This document shows positions 1-10,772 of a stretch of DNA of 53,223 nt, piece after piece. Numbering within the stretch: position 1 is the first letter of the stretch; every line of letters begins with the position of its first letter. The notes below the pieces were generated by a model. It searched no databases. It was not told the origin of the DNA and was given only the letters and a program-made list of their open reading frames with translations. The stretch spans positions 1-53,223 of IMG/VR virus record IMGVR_UViG_3300027749_005768, one strand, 5' to 3'. This DNA comes from a virus. Its lineage: Duplodnaviria; Caudoviricetes. The position numbers were made by a program, and so were the translations under genes.

Positions 1-313
1 AACTTCGTCTTTTAGAGCTATTAACCTTCCGGTTTTGTTTTTCTTTAATAATATAATTATGATCAAGATTTTTATTGATATAACTACATATAGTAGCGCT
101 ACTAATATTTAAAATATTACGTATTGTATGGCAATCGAACTTATTATCTATGTAATAACAAATTAAATTACTCACAGCAATATATCCACCGTGTTCAATA
201 ACCCAGCAGGGAACCCGACAACCATCTACCCATTCATAGGACTTAGCGTTCTTTCCCTTGTTTGTTATTTTTTTAGAACCCAATCCTAAATTAGTCACTG
301 ATTGTTTATTCAT
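1..313 (-). CDS. 5' part of a hypothetical protein running off the window (possible HTH / homing-endonuclease-associated)
   Basis: Manual translation from ATG at 313: MNKQSVTNLGLG...HTIRNILNISSATICSYI...; open to window edge; TAAATA box at 327-322. Confidence 0.55.
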   Translation of the reverse strand, partial: MNKQSVTNLGLGSKKITNKGKNAKSYEWVDGCRVPCWVIEHGGYIAVSNLICYYIDNKFDCHTIRNILNISSATICSYINKNLDHNYIIKEKQNRKVNSSKRRS

Positions 314-347
314 ACTATGAATATTTATGCAATGAGATACATTTTAG

Positions 348-376
348 TTGATTTTATTGTGATTAGTTTATATCAT
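348..376 (+). promoter_or_regulatory. sigma70-like promoter for queD
   Basis: TTGATT-N17-TATCAT, ATG 7 nt downstream. Confidence 0.6.
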
Positions 377-383
377 ACTATAT

Positions 384-1082
384 ATGAAAGCAAAAGAAGT
401 ATTTCAATCAACAAAAGTAATCGAGCTCGGCTCTTGTGCGTTTAGACAATGGAGAGCGAATCATTCAATGTGTAGATTCCTACATGGTTATCAGCTTAAA
501 GCTAAATTGTGGTTTGGTGGTTCATCTCTCGATGATAAAAATTGGGTGGTAGATTTTGGCGGTCTTAAAGAACTTAAAGCTACATTACAAAGTATATATG
601 ATCATACAACTACTGTAGCAGCAGATGATCCTGAGATTGAAACCTTTAAATCCTTACACGATAAGGGAATTATTCAACTATATATTCTTAAAGATGGTGC
701 TGGTATTGAGCGTGCAGCAGAGAATGTCTTTACAATTGCTGATAAGTATGTTCGTGAGCTTACAAACGGTCGTTGCTGGGTAGACAAGGTAGAAGTATTT
801 GAACATCAAGATAACTCTGCTACCTATTCACAAGAACAAGCAGCTACTCAAACACAAAGCTTTAAGGCAGATATTGGCTTTACAAATCTGGATGGTACTA
901 TCACATTAGGCGCTCGAGCAGCGACAACAGATTCTATTACTTTTAGTAATAATATTAATAATACATCACAAGCAGACAGCATACCTACACCAGCACCCGT
1001 TGATAGAGGTGCTCGAGTAGGTAATAGCCCTGTATCTAGCGGAATGGGTAACCCATTCGCTGGTACATCGTGGGGTGCTTAA
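384..1082 (+). CDS. queD: 6-carboxy-5,6,7,8-tetrahydropterin synthase (QueD/PTPS) with ~80-aa low-complexity C-terminal tail
   Basis: C-x3-HGY, WVVDFGGLK, YDH, E(H)xxNSA T-fold motifs. Confidence 0.9.
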   Translation: MKAKEVFQSTKVIELGSCAFRQWRANHSMCRFLHGYQLKAKLWFGGSSLDDKNWVVDFGGLKELKATLQSIYDHTTTVAADDPEIETFKSLHDKGIIQLYILKDGAGIERAAENVFTIADKYVRELTNGRCWVDKVEVFEHQDNSATYSQEQAATQTQSFKADIGFTNLDGTITLGARAATTDSITFSNNINNTSQADSIPTPAPVDRGARVGNSPVSSGMGNPFAGTSWGA

Positions 1083-1828
1083 TGCTGTTTAGCTTCTAGT
1101 ATCTTAACAACAAACTTAAGAATCTTACTTCTAACGATTTCAGATTCTCCAAATTCGAATGCGTGGATCTTATGGTTCACGCATTCTTCCGTATTAAAGC
1201 GATCGTAAACTTCTTTAAAGCCTGATAACTTACCAATATCACTTTGATTTAAGTCACCGCAAATAACATATTTTGTATTTTTACCAAAACGAGTTAAAAT
1301 TGTAACTAACTCGCTTTTTGAAAGGTTTTGAGCCTCATCAACAATAACTAAAGAGTCATTAAAGGTAAGACCTCTTACAAAGTTAACAGGTACAGCACGG
1401 ATAATTTCATTTGTTTTAAGATTATTACACGTACTAGCATCTGTAATTTCTATTACTTTTTCAACAAGAGGTATAGCGTACGGAGAGAACTTATCATCTA
1501 TCTCTCCCGGTAGAGCTCCAATGCTACGTGATGCAGATTCAATAACAGACCGTATGTATATAATACCTGTTATTTTCTTCTCCTTGAGCATCTCAAGTCC
1601 TGCTAATACAGCAATATATGACTTAGCAGATCCAGCAGGACCAGCTACAAAAGCCATATTTGTATCATCGTGTTTTATACTATTATAAAACTGTTGATGA
1701 TTAGTGTTGAAGTGGAAGGGTTTCTTGATTTTAAAATCAAGTATCCAGTTTTTTTGAAAAGAAGCTTCAATATCTGAAACTTCCTCCAAACCAGCAGTCT
1801 TGCGCTTACGCACCACTTTACGGGTCAT
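1079..1828 (-). CDS. phoH: PhoH-family ATPase
   Basis: GPAGSAKS Walker A, GALPG, RGLTF, IVDEAQN, TRFG, GDLNQSD. Confidence 0.93.
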   Translation of the reverse strand: MTRKVVRKRKTAGLEEVSDIEASFQKNWILDFKIKKPFHFNTNHQQFYNSIKHDDTNMAFVAGPAGSAKSYIAVLAGLEMLKEKKITGIIYIRSVIESASRSIGALPGEIDDKFSPYAIPLVEKVIEITDASTCNNLKTNEIIRAVPVNFVRGLTFNDSLVIVDEAQNLSKSELVTILTRFGKNTKYVICGDLNQSDIGKLSGFKEVYDRFNTEECVNHKIHAFEFGESEIVRSKILKFVVKILEAKQH

Positions 1829-1886
1829 GTTAATAATATTTAATCAAAACACTTGAATTCATCTCGTTATATTATACAATATCTTT

Positions 1887-2645
1887 ATGATTGACTGCGA
1901 TACAGAAACACTATTTTTATCTGATGATCTTGTGTTTTTCACGATTGAGGGAGAAGGAGAATATATCGGACAACCGTCTGTATTTATGAGAATGTCTATG
2001 TGTAATTTGAGCTGTATCGGCTTCGCTTCTGCAGATTCTCCTAATGGTTGTGATTCATTTGTATCGTGGTCTATTAAGAATAAGATGACATTTAACGAAA
2101 TCTTTAAGTTAATGTATGATAATTTTTACGTAGATAAGCTTCGTAAAGGTGCTATTTGGAAGCTTACAGGCGGTGAGCCTATGATTCAGCAAAAGCAGTT
2201 ACTCAAACTTGTACAGGCATTTATTGAAAAGTATGAATTTTTACCTCGTATTGACTTTGAAACTAATGCCACTCTTATGCCTGATCCGAGGTGGAAAAGT
2301 GATTTTAAGGCTACCTTTACTACATCACCTAAACTAACTACTAACGGTGACCCTGAAGAAAAGACATATAAACCTGAGGTACTTAAATGGCATAAAGAAA
2401 ACGGTTCTGGCTTTAAGTTTGTTATTGGTCGATCAGAGGATATTGATGAAATTTGGCGTAAGTATGTTAATGATTTTAACGGTATTAATGTACCTCTAAA
2501 TCGTATTTGGTTTATGCCTTGTTGTGGATCACGTGAAGAGCATCAAGAGAAAGCAGCTACTGTAGCTGAATATGCAAAAGCTATGTGTGTTAACTTTAGT
2601 CCTAGGCTGCACTTAGTACTTTGGAATTTGGCTTTAAAAGTTTAA
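1887..2645 (+). CDS. queE: 7-carboxy-7-deazaguanine synthase, radical SAM
   Basis: FFTIEGEG..G.PSVF.R, CNLSC-x11-CDS, LTGGEP, ETN, SPKL, SPRLH; next to queD. Confidence 0.9.
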   Translation: MIDCDTETLFLSDDLVFFTIEGEGEYIGQPSVFMRMSMCNLSCIGFASADSPNGCDSFVSWSIKNKMTFNEIFKLMYDNFYVDKLRKGAIWKLTGGEPMIQQKQLLKLVQAFIEKYEFLPRIDFETNATLMPDPRWKSDFKATFTTSPKLTTNGDPEEKTYKPEVLKWHKENGSGFKFVIGRSEDIDEIWRKYVNDFNGINVPLNRIWFMPCCGSREEHQEKAATVAEYAKAMCVNFSPRLHLVLWNLALKV

Positions 2646-3244
2646 TGAAAGCCAAAGTATTAGTCCTTAATAAATATTATTTTCCAATTGCTGTAGAGGG
2701 TATTGAAAAAACCTTCGGTAATATTTTTTCTAAATCTGTTATTCCGTTAGATATTAGTTATGAAACTACAGATGAAAATATTGTTAACCAGGAGGTTATT
2801 GATTATTTTGTACCTATACCTATTGTAAAGGAGTGGTTAGAACTACCCATAAGACCGTTTGATGAATATATTCAAACAGCTCGTGGACCTGTTCGTATTC
2901 CATCTGTAGTAGTATGTGCGCGATACGATAAAATTGTTTATAATAGAGTCTCGTTTCCTACTAAACAAAATATTCTTAAACGTGATAACTATACGTGTGT
3001 ATATACCGGGAAAAAACTATCTAAAGAAGAACTTAGTGTCGATCACATTGTACCAAAAAGTCGTGGAGGTAATGATACATGGGAAAATATGGTTTGCTGT
3101 TGTCGTTTGACAAATTCACGAAAAGCATCTCTTACTCCCGAGCAAGTTGGATTAAAGTTAAAATATAAACCATACAATCCAAATAAAGGATTATCTTTTG
3201 AAATTTATAAGGATGAATGGGCTTCGTTCTTGAAAAACATGTAA
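2645..3244 (+). CDS. HNH endonuclease (McrA-like)
   Basis: VLVLN, ILKRDNYTCVYTG, SVDHIVPKSRGG.DTWEN...N.RK; start placed at ATG overlapping the queE stop. Confidence 0.85.
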   Translation: MKAKVLVLNKYYFPIAVEGIEKTFGNIFSKSVIPLDISYETTDENIVNQEVIDYFVPIPIVKEWLELPIRPFDEYIQTARGPVRIPSVVVCARYDKIVYNRVSFPTKQNILKRDNYTCVYTGKKLSKEELSVDHIVPKSRGGNDTWENMVCCCRLTNSRKASLTPEQVGLKLKYKPYNPNKGLSFEIYKDEWASFLKNM

Positions 3245-3262
3245 ACTAAACTATATAATATT

Positions 3263-4027
3263 ATGAGAATAGCTGTATCGGGGACTGCGTGTACCGGAAA
3301 ATCCACCCTCGTTAAGAACATCTTAGCTGTGTGGCCTAATTATAAAACACCTTCGAAGACTTATAGAGATCTTATTAAGGAAAAGAATCTACCACATTCA
3401 TCTGATACATCAATTGATACCCAGTGGGATATTCTTAACTTTATGCTCGATCAACTTCAAGCTGTTGATAAAAGCGCTAATATTGTATTTGATAGATGTC
3501 CTCTAGATAATCTTGCATATACTCTCTGGGCTCATGATAAAGGTATTGAAGGCTTTACAAAAGAGTATGTAGATAAAGCTATTAAGCTTACAAAGGAGTC
3601 TATGAGACACTTAGATCTTATTTTGTTATTAAGATACGATACATCTATTAAGATTGTAGATGATGAACTAAGGGATACAGATGTTACCTTTATAGAGGAG
3701 ATTGATAATATTTTTGATGCTCTGTATATACAATATAGACAAAATTATGAAGCAGATATATTCTTCCCAAAAGATGATTCACCAGGTATATTAGTACTAC
3801 CAACTAACCCTCAACAACGTATTGAAATGATTTCAGATTACCTTACACCGGAAGGCGAAATGTATGGAGACGATTCTTCTATCTTTAATCCTAATAATTT
3901 ATCTGAACTAGAAACACTTGTTAAGCAACAAAAAGCAGCACTTGATCAGGAGGAAGCTGAAAAAGCATTGTTCGAAAAGTTTAGTATACCTATTAAGCCT
4001 ATTTCAACTCGTACTATTATTCAGTGA
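3263..4027 (+). CDS. P-loop nucleotide kinase-like protein (AAA_28 / dNMP kinase type)
   Basis: GTACTGKST Walker A, VFDRCPLD.LAY, DDELR lid. Confidence 0.75.
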   Translation: MRIAVSGTACTGKSTLVKNILAVWPNYKTPSKTYRDLIKEKNLPHSSDTSIDTQWDILNFMLDQLQAVDKSANIVFDRCPLDNLAYTLWAHDKGIEGFTKEYVDKAIKLTKESMRHLDLILLLRYDTSIKIVDDELRDTDVTFIEEIDNIFDALYIQYRQNYEADIFFPKDDSPGILVLPTNPQQRIEMISDYLTPEGEMYGDDSSIFNPNNLSELETLVKQQKAALDQEEAEKALFEKFSIPIKPISTRTIIQ

Positions 4028-4663
4028 TATAGTACCACCTATTATATTAAACATAGCGTACGTCACTGTTGGTGCATATACACCTGTACTATCACGAATA
4101 TAGAGAGTTACAGAATTAGTAGTTATATCAGAAGCAGATTGTACACCTATGTTGTAATTAATAAGAGTAGATGTTTGAACGCCATAAGGCATTAAAGTAG
4201 CATCACCAGAACTACCCGTATTTTTTTCAAAATTACGAATAAACTGAAATGTAAACGCAGATGTCGCTGGATTATAAGTTACCGTATCTTGAATATTCGA
4301 ACTACTATGTATAATAACAGAACCGGCAGTTGATGTTATAGTATTTACACTAAAGACGGCATAGGTCTCTATATTCGCTCCTGTTAGTAGGTAATTAATA
4401 TTTGCTGTATTGCTATCTATTTGCGTCTGTAAGTCAGTACTAAGTGTAGCATATTGAGAGCTTAGTGTAATAATATCAGCAGTATTACTTAAAATGGTAT
4501 CACTAAATGTAGTATTTTCTAATGAAATAATAAAATTATTAAAATCTAATATATTTGTACCACTAGGTGTTTCAATTATTAAAAAATCTCCTGAGACAAC
4601 GTCATTAATTTCAGGTAATTCTTTTATATTTACGTAAGAACCGGTATTATCTGTACATGCCAT
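4004..4663 (-). CDS. hypothetical Ser/Thr-rich virion-like protein
   Basis: 219-aa ORF, TAAATA box 5 nt before ATG, S/T/N-rich beta composition. Confidence 0.55.
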   Translation of the reverse strand: MACTDNTGSYVNIKELPEINDVVSGDFLIIETPSGTNILDFNNFIISLENTTFSDTILSNTADIITLSSQYATLSTDLQTQIDSNTANINYLLTGANIETYAVFSVNTITSTAGSVIIHSSSNIQDTVTYNPATSAFTFQFIRNFEKNTGSSGDATLMPYGVQTSTLINYNIGVQSASDITTNSVTLYIRDSTGVYAPTVTYAMFNIIGGTISLNNSTS

Positions 4664-4717
4664 ATATGTATTTATTACAGTTGATCTTTTATTAGAGGTG
4701 ATATAATTAACAATGTA

Positions 4718-5578
4718 ATGAGTAACGAGAGAGAAAAAATCGGTGTAGGTATTATTACTTGCAATAGACCAAACTATCTACACAAATTACTTAATACTTT
4801 ACCTAATAAACACGAAAATAAAATAGATCATTTAGTTATTATTAATGATGGTAAACCTATTACAGATTTCGATTTAAGTTTTGGAGAATTAATTGATAAT
4901 GAAGTTAATCTTGGTGTTGGTAAGTCAAAAAATAAAGCTATGCAATATTTGCTAGATAAAGGTTGTGAATATATTTTTATTATTGAAGATGATACAATTA
5001 TAAAGGATACAGATATATTCACTGCTTACATCGATGCTAGTAAAACAACAGGCATACAGCATTTTAACTTCGGCCCAGGTACCCCCTTTAATAGAAAGCA
5101 GACAATAGTTAATTATGATTTACATAATAGGGAGCTTTTAGATAATAATTCAAAACCTAACCCTAAATTAACAATTGAATATAATAATAAAATATCAATT
5201 GATTTGTATGAGCACGTTGCTGGTGTGTTTAGTTTTTTTACTAAGAATATATTACAAAGTGTAGGGTTACATGATGAAAGATATAAAAATGCCTGGGAGC
5301 ATGTTGACCATACTTTTAGGATAATAAAAAATAATGGTCATCCGCCTTTTTGGTGGTTTGCTGATATACATAATAGTGTAAATTATCTTGAAATTCCTGA
5401 TGAAGCTATTAATGATAGTTCCACATCAAATAATAAAGAAGAGTGGTTTAAGAATATAAATGCAGGTAGAGAAATTTATAAACAGCAACACGGATTTTAT
5501 CCAAATATGTGCCCTCATACATCAAAAGAAGATGTTATTAATAATTTAAAAACTATTAAATCTAAATGGACGATTTAA
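4718..5578 (+). CDS. glycosyltransferase, GT2/GT-A fold
   Basis: IITCNRP, IINDG, NLGVG.SKN, IIEDD (DxD-like), G.HDERY..WEHVD. Confidence 0.85.
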   Translation: MSNEREKIGVGIITCNRPNYLHKLLNTLPNKHENKIDHLVIINDGKPITDFDLSFGELIDNEVNLGVGKSKNKAMQYLLDKGCEYIFIIEDDTIIKDTDIFTAYIDASKTTGIQHFNFGPGTPFNRKQTIVNYDLHNRELLDNNSKPNPKLTIEYNNKISIDLYEHVAGVFSFFTKNILQSVGLHDERYKNAWEHVDHTFRIIKNNGHPPFWWFADIHNSVNYLEIPDEAINDSSTSNNKEEWFKNINAGREIYKQQHGFYPNMCPHTSKEDVINNLKTIKSKWTI

Positions 5579-6981
5579 CGTTAATTACATGCTCGTATAA
5601 CACACCAGATATAACACTAACAATGTTAAAGTCGTGGATGTATATACATAATAGAACGCAAAGATTAGTTATTTGTGATAACTCTACAAATAATGAGACA
5701 AAAAATTTACTAAATAAATATAAAATACCACATATATCACGTTTTGATATGAGTCACGGTAATGGCGTTAATGAAGCATTAAAATTATGCAAAACAAAAT
5801 ATGCTTTACTAGTTGATACAGATGTTATTTTTCTAAAAGATCATAATGATATTTTTCAGCAGTTTAAAAATATGGATTTGGCGGTGATGGGTAAAGTAGA
5901 AGGTGACCGCGGCGGTAAGTCGATCTACAATAGAGTTAATCCATGGCACTGCTTTATTAATATTGAGAAAATTAATCAACATAATATTACTTTCTTTAAT
6001 GAGGTAAGAATGAAAGCTAGTTTTAAAGCTAATAAGATATATGATATTGGATCTACATTTTTAGAAGATATTAAATCATGCGGACTTAAAATTGGTAATG
6101 TTGATCTTGATGGTAAATATTATATTCATTTTGAAGGTATGAGCTGGTATAAAAATAAATTTGACTGTACAAAAGAAGATACTGGTATAGACTTTGGAGG
6201 TACACATAATAACACTGCTTATATAGATGCTTACGAACAAAAATATAAAACATTTCAAACTATTAAACAACAATATAAAGATATTGAACTAACTGATAGG
6301 TTTATATATAATGAACCTAAACTATTAATTAAATTTCCTACAAGAGGTCGTACAGAAAAATTTTTTAATACTTTAGATAAATATTACGAATTGCTATCAG
6401 GTAAATGTGATGTTAAGTTTTTAATTACATGTGATAATGACGATCTATCAATGAATAATCTTTCTGTAAGAGATAGATTTAAGACATACACTAATTTAGA
6501 GATTGAATATGGTGATAGTAAAACTAAAATTGAAGCTATTAATATAGGAGTTTCACAACGCGATTTTCAAATTGTATTACTTGCATCAGATGATATGATA
6601 CCGGTAGTCAAAGGATATGATCTAATTATAATCGAAAGCATGTGTAAAAGTTTTCCAGATTTTGATGGCATTGTCTGGTTTAATGACGGTGTACAACAAG
6701 ATAGGCTTAATACTCTTTGCATTTTAGGCAAAAAATATTACAATAGATTTGGTTATATATATAATCCTGAATATAAATCTTTATGGTGTGATATGGAATT
6801 TACACAAGTTGGTAATATATTAGATAAGCAAAAATATTTCGATCAAGTTATTATTAAGCATGACCACCACTCTGTAATAAAGGAAGGTTTTGATGAAATA
6901 TATTCACAAAACGAATTATATGAAAACGAAGATAGATTAACGTTCTTAAAAAGACAAACTATACAATTCAATGCAAGATAA
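5566..6981 (+). CDS. two-domain GT-A glycosyltransferase
   Basis: Domain 1: CSYNT, CDNS, HG.GVN, VDTD; domain 2: FPTRGR, DNDD, ASDDM, WCD.E. Confidence 0.8.
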   Translation: MDDLTLITCSYNTPDITLTMLKSWMYIHNRTQRLVICDNSTNNETKNLLNKYKIPHISRFDMSHGNGVNEALKLCKTKYALLVDTDVIFLKDHNDIFQQFKNMDLAVMGKVEGDRGGKSIYNRVNPWHCFINIEKINQHNITFFNEVRMKASFKANKIYDIGSTFLEDIKSCGLKIGNVDLDGKYYIHFEGMSWYKNKFDCTKEDTGIDFGGTHNNTAYIDAYEQKYKTFQTIKQQYKDIELTDRFIYNEPKLLIKFPTRGRTEKFFNTLDKYYELLSGKCDVKFLITCDNDDLSMNNLSVRDRFKTYTNLEIEYGDSKTKIEAINIGVSQRDFQIVLLASDDMIPVVKGYDLIIIESMCKSFPDFDGIVWFNDGVQQDRLNTLCILGKKYYNRFGYIYNPEYKSLWCDMEFTQVGNILDKQKYFDQVIIKHDHHSVIKEGFDEIYSQNELYENEDRLTFLKRQTIQFNAR

Positions 6982-7723
6982 AATTCAATTTTTTATAGTT
7001 GTACATAATATCAATATTATAGATGTTTTTGAAAAAGTAGGTAAGTATAATAAGCTTCCTAACTACACTTATCTGTTAGTAGGTAATACAGATGAAGATT
7101 ATTCTTCAGATAAAATTATTCAATGCAACAGATTAGTCAATAATATTGAACATAAAAATAATTTTCTAGCTTATACAGGCTGGTATGTATTAGCTAATAA
7201 TGTCGAACTATTAGATAACTCCGAATTTACATGCTTGTTAGAATACGATACAGATATTGAAGAATATTTTAATATAGACGATATAACACCACGACTTAAT
7301 AATACATATATTAATGTCTGGGGTATTACAGGTATGGAGACACATTCCGGTATTTTTGAGAAAAGTCATTTTACGACGGGTCTATTTACATATTTTAAAG
7401 AAAAAAATATTAAAGAACTTACTACAAACAATAAGATGTGGATGACAACGAACAATATGTTTTTTAGAACACCATTTTTAAAGGATTATATAACTGATGA
7501 ATTTACAACAGACTTTTTTAATCATATAGATAACGATAAAATGTCTGGTCACTTTTTAGAAAGATTTTTATCAATATACTGCTTTTATAAAAATATTAAA
7601 TTTAGTATATTAGATAAATCCGGTCTTGTACATCGAGGGTATGATAGCCATTCTACTCAAAATATACACTCCAGTGATAGAGGTTATAACCAATTTAAAA
7701 CTATCAATAATATTCATGACTAA
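6971..7723 (+). CDS. putative glycosyltransferase-like protein
   Basis: LLEYDTD DxD motif, late HFLER motif, position in GT cluster. Confidence 0.5.
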   Translation: MQDKIQFFIVVHNINIIDVFEKVGKYNKLPNYTYLLVGNTDEDYSSDKIIQCNRLVNNIEHKNNFLAYTGWYVLANNVELLDNSEFTCLLEYDTDIEEYFNIDDITPRLNNTYINVWGITGMETHSGIFEKSHFTTGLFTYFKEKNIKELTTNNKMWMTTNNMFFRTPFLKDYITDEFTTDFFNHIDNDKMSGHFLERFLSIYCFYKNIKFSILDKSGLVHRGYDSHSTQNIHSSDRGYNQFKTINNIHD

Positions 7724-8441
7724 GAAAATACTAATATCATTCGCTACTAATCCTAAATGGTATAGATCACAACAACAGTTAAACGATAGTGCAAAACAAG
7801 GCGGTTTTAATGGTGTTATTAGCTATACGGATAAAGGTAGAGATTGGGAATTTGCAAAAAAATATAGTGATATAACTAGCACGAGAGGTTACGGTTATTG
7901 GCAATGGAAGCCTATTATTATCTTAGATGCTCTCAATAAACTCAATGATGGAGATATAGTGGGATATGTAGATAGTGGTAATTTAGTAACTAATAACTTA
8001 GATTATATTTTTAATAAATGTAATGAACAAGAAATAGTATTATTTGATAATAGAGACGGTAATTTTCAAAAAACTACTCATAAAAATAGAGAATGGACAA
8101 AGCGTGATTGTTTTGTCTTAATGGATTGCGATTCAGAAGAATATTACAATGCATCACAAGTAGATGGTGCATATCAGTTTTATAAAAAGACATCTAATAC
8201 TATTAAATTCCTAGAAGAATATATGAACTTCTGCTCGAATGATAATATAATTTCAGATTTACCAAATATAACAAAAGACAATTTACCCGAGTTTAAAGAT
8301 CATAGACACGATCAATCTATACTATCATTAATGGCTGTTAAGTATAAAATACCACTTCTACCTGAACCATCAGAATGGGGTAATAGTATTACTAACAGAC
8401 CTTACCCTCAACTCTTTCTACATCATAGAGGTACTTTATGA
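7716..8441 (+). CDS. putative nucleotide-sugar transferase
   Basis: GYWQWKP.II, YVDSG, WTKRD, HRHDQSILS motifs; ATG at 7716 overlaps upstream gene end. Confidence 0.65.
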   Translation: MTKKILISFATNPKWYRSQQQLNDSAKQGGFNGVISYTDKGRDWEFAKKYSDITSTRGYGYWQWKPIIILDALNKLNDGDIVGYVDSGNLVTNNLDYIFNKCNEQEIVLFDNRDGNFQKTTHKNREWTKRDCFVLMDCDSEEYYNASQVDGAYQFYKKTSNTIKFLEEYMNFCSNDNIISDLPNITKDNLPEFKDHRHDQSILSLMAVKYKIPLLPEPSEWGNSITNRPYPQLFLHHRGTL

Positions 8442-9283
8442 AATTTCTAATCATACAAGAAAACGGACGACATGAGATTAGTAAGCATCTCAGAGAATGT
8501 AATAGCATGCAACGTGCTTTAATTAACAACGGTGTTAACTGTGATGTGTGGGGTCTTGGACATGATAATTATAATACTATACCAGACTATAATAATTATG
8601 ATGTGATTATCAATCTTGAAAATTACGATACTGGTTGGATGCCAAGCTTATCCCATATTACAAAACCTCTAAAGTTTCTCTGGGCTATTGATAGTCATGT
8701 AAGAGGTTATAGTTACTATAAAGATGTATTTAACGAAGGAAAATATAATTATATTCTTCAAGCGACAAAGGATTATCTTGATAAAGATAGTTTGTGGTTT
8801 CCTAATTGTTATGATGATGAGTTTATTAAGCCTAATACAGTAGAAAAGAAATACTTTGTTGGGTTTTGTGGTAATTTCGTTAATCGTAAACCTTATTTCG
8901 ACTATGTAGGATCACACGTACCATTAAAGCTAGATATTGATGTAAGAGGTAGTGATATGATTAATGCTATTAATTCTTATTGTATTCAATTTAATAAGAA
9001 TATCGCTAATGATATAAACTATAGAAGTTTTGAGACAATGGGATGTAGTACAGCTTTATTAACCAACTATAACACACAATATGATGAATTAGGCTTTAAA
9101 GAGAATGAAAACGTTTTTTATTATAGGTCTATTGAAGAAGCTGTTGAGCTATTAAAATATCTAGAGAATAATAAAGAAACGGTTCTTAAAGTTGCAAAAA
9201 CCGGGTATGAATTTGCTTCTACAAAACATACATTTAATAAGAGAGCTAGCAGCTTATTGAAATTTATAAAAACTAAACTATAA
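8438..9283 (+). CDS. GT-B glycosyltransferase (CgeB / Glyco_trans_1_2-like)
   Basis: VGFCG, NYRSFE..GC, IA.xGYE....HTF..R C-terminal signature. Confidence 0.8.
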   Translation: MKFLIIQENGRHEISKHLRECNSMQRALINNGVNCDVWGLGHDNYNTIPDYNNYDVIINLENYDTGWMPSLSHITKPLKFLWAIDSHVRGYSYYKDVFNEGKYNYILQATKDYLDKDSLWFPNCYDDEFIKPNTVEKKYFVGFCGNFVNRKPYFDYVGSHVPLKLDIDVRGSDMINAINSYCIQFNKNIANDINYRSFETMGCSTALLTNYNTQYDELGFKENENVFYYRSIEEAVELLKYLENNKETVLKVAKTGYEFASTKHTFNKRASSLLKFIKTKL

Positions 9284-9291
9284 TACTAAAA

Positions 9292-9825
9292 ATGACTAAA
9301 CTTAACACCCGCACTGAATTACTTGAACTCATTCCAAAAAATCTAACTATCTTGGAAATTGGCGTCTTTAGAGGCGAGTTCGCAAAAGATATTCTAAAAA
9401 TAACACAACCAAAAGAGCTTTATCTTGTTGATATATGGGAAGGTAAGTGGGGATCTGGTGATAAGGATGGTAACAACTATGTTGAAATCGGTAATATGGA
9501 ATCTGTTTATTTGAGTTTGTTTCAGCAAACAAAAGATAAGCCAAATATACATGTTATACGTGCAAAGTCAGTATCTTTTTTAGAAAGCTGTAACAATAAT
9601 TTCTTTGATGTAATTTATGTTGATGGTGATCATACAGAGGAAGCAGTTTATGCAGACATGGTACATTCGTTTGCAAAAATTAAGAACAATGGGTTACTGA
9701 TGGGACATGACTATCACCATCAAATTGAAATTGCTGTAAATAGATTCTGCAGAGATTATAATCAAACAATTGAATACGTTACTGAAGACGGGTGCCCTTC
9801 TTTCTGTATTAAAGTTATAAAATAA
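9292..9825 (+). CDS. class I SAM methyltransferase (Methyltransf_24-like)
   Basis: LEIGVFRG, FDVIYVDGDH, GHDY. Confidence 0.85.
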   Translation: MTKLNTRTELLELIPKNLTILEIGVFRGEFAKDILKITQPKELYLVDIWEGKWGSGDKDGNNYVEIGNMESVYLSLFQQTKDKPNIHVIRAKSVSFLESCNNNFFDVIYVDGDHTEEAVYADMVHSFAKIKNNGLLMGHDYHHQIEIAVNRFCRDYNQTIEYVTEDGCPSFCIKVIK

Positions 9826-10772
9826 TGAAAGTAATAGCATTTCACTCTAACGAGTTAAACGTACGAGGTACTAACGTAGCAATGTATGACTACGCTCTCT
9901 ATAATGAAGAGATATTAGGTAATAAATCATATATTATATCTAATGCTAACTCGGATCTCTCAGCTTTAGATAAATTTAAAAATAGATTTGAAGTTTTTCT
10001 TTACGATAAGTTTGAAGATAATTACGCTTTTACAGCTAAAAAAGGTATTGAATATGTATATTATGTAAAAGCTGGAGATAGAGATGGTAGAGAAATACCA
10101 GGTACGAAATCTCTAATACATGCTGTCTTTCAACATAGAGACGAGCATGGTGATGCTTATGCATATATCTCAGAGTGGTTAGCTAATGAAATGGGTATGT
10201 CAGGTAGCTATGTACCTTATATGGTTGATATGCCTGACGCTACAAAAAGTTATAGAGATAAATTAGGTATACCTAATGACGCTATTGTTATTGGACGACA
10301 TGGTGGCTATTCCGAGTTCGATCTACCTTTCGTTTATAACGCTATATTTAACGCACTAAGTCAAAGAGATAACTTATATTTTTTGTTTATGAATACAAGA
10401 CCCTTTGGTGTTAAGCATAAAAATGTTGTTCACATTCAAGGTACATATAATATGCAACATAAATCAGATTTTGTTAATACTTGTGATTATATGATTCATG
10501 GAAGAAATATGGGTGAAAGCTTTGGCTTAGCAATTTGTGAATTTCTATATCATGATAAACCAGTTATTAGTTGGAATAATGGTAGTGATAAAAATCATAT
10601 TGAAATGTTAGGTGATAAAGGTATATGGTATAATAATGAAAAAGATCTAACATATATACTCACTAAACTTACTACTAATAGTAAAGAAAAAAACTACTAT
10701 AAATCTATAGTAGATAAATTTTCACCTAAAGTAGTTATGGAACAATTTAATAAAATATTTTTGAGTTTATGA
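9825..10772 (+). CDS. GT-B glycosyltransferase (GT4-like)
   Basis: RGT.VA.YDYA, GRHGG, GESFGLAICE (ExFG.x3E). Confidence 0.8.
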   Translation: MKVIAFHSNELNVRGTNVAMYDYALYNEEILGNKSYIISNANSDLSALDKFKNRFEVFLYDKFEDNYAFTAKKGIEYVYYVKAGDRDGREIPGTKSLIHAVFQHRDEHGDAYAYISEWLANEMGMSGSYVPYMVDMPDATKSYRDKLGIPNDAIVIGRHGGYSEFDLPFVYNAIFNALSQRDNLYFLFMNTRPFGVKHKNVVHIQGTYNMQHKSDFVNTCDYMIHGRNMGESFGLAICEFLYHDKPVISWNNGSDKNHIEMLGDKGIWYNNEKDLTYILTKLTTNSKEKNYYKSIVDKFSPKVVMEQFNKIFLSL

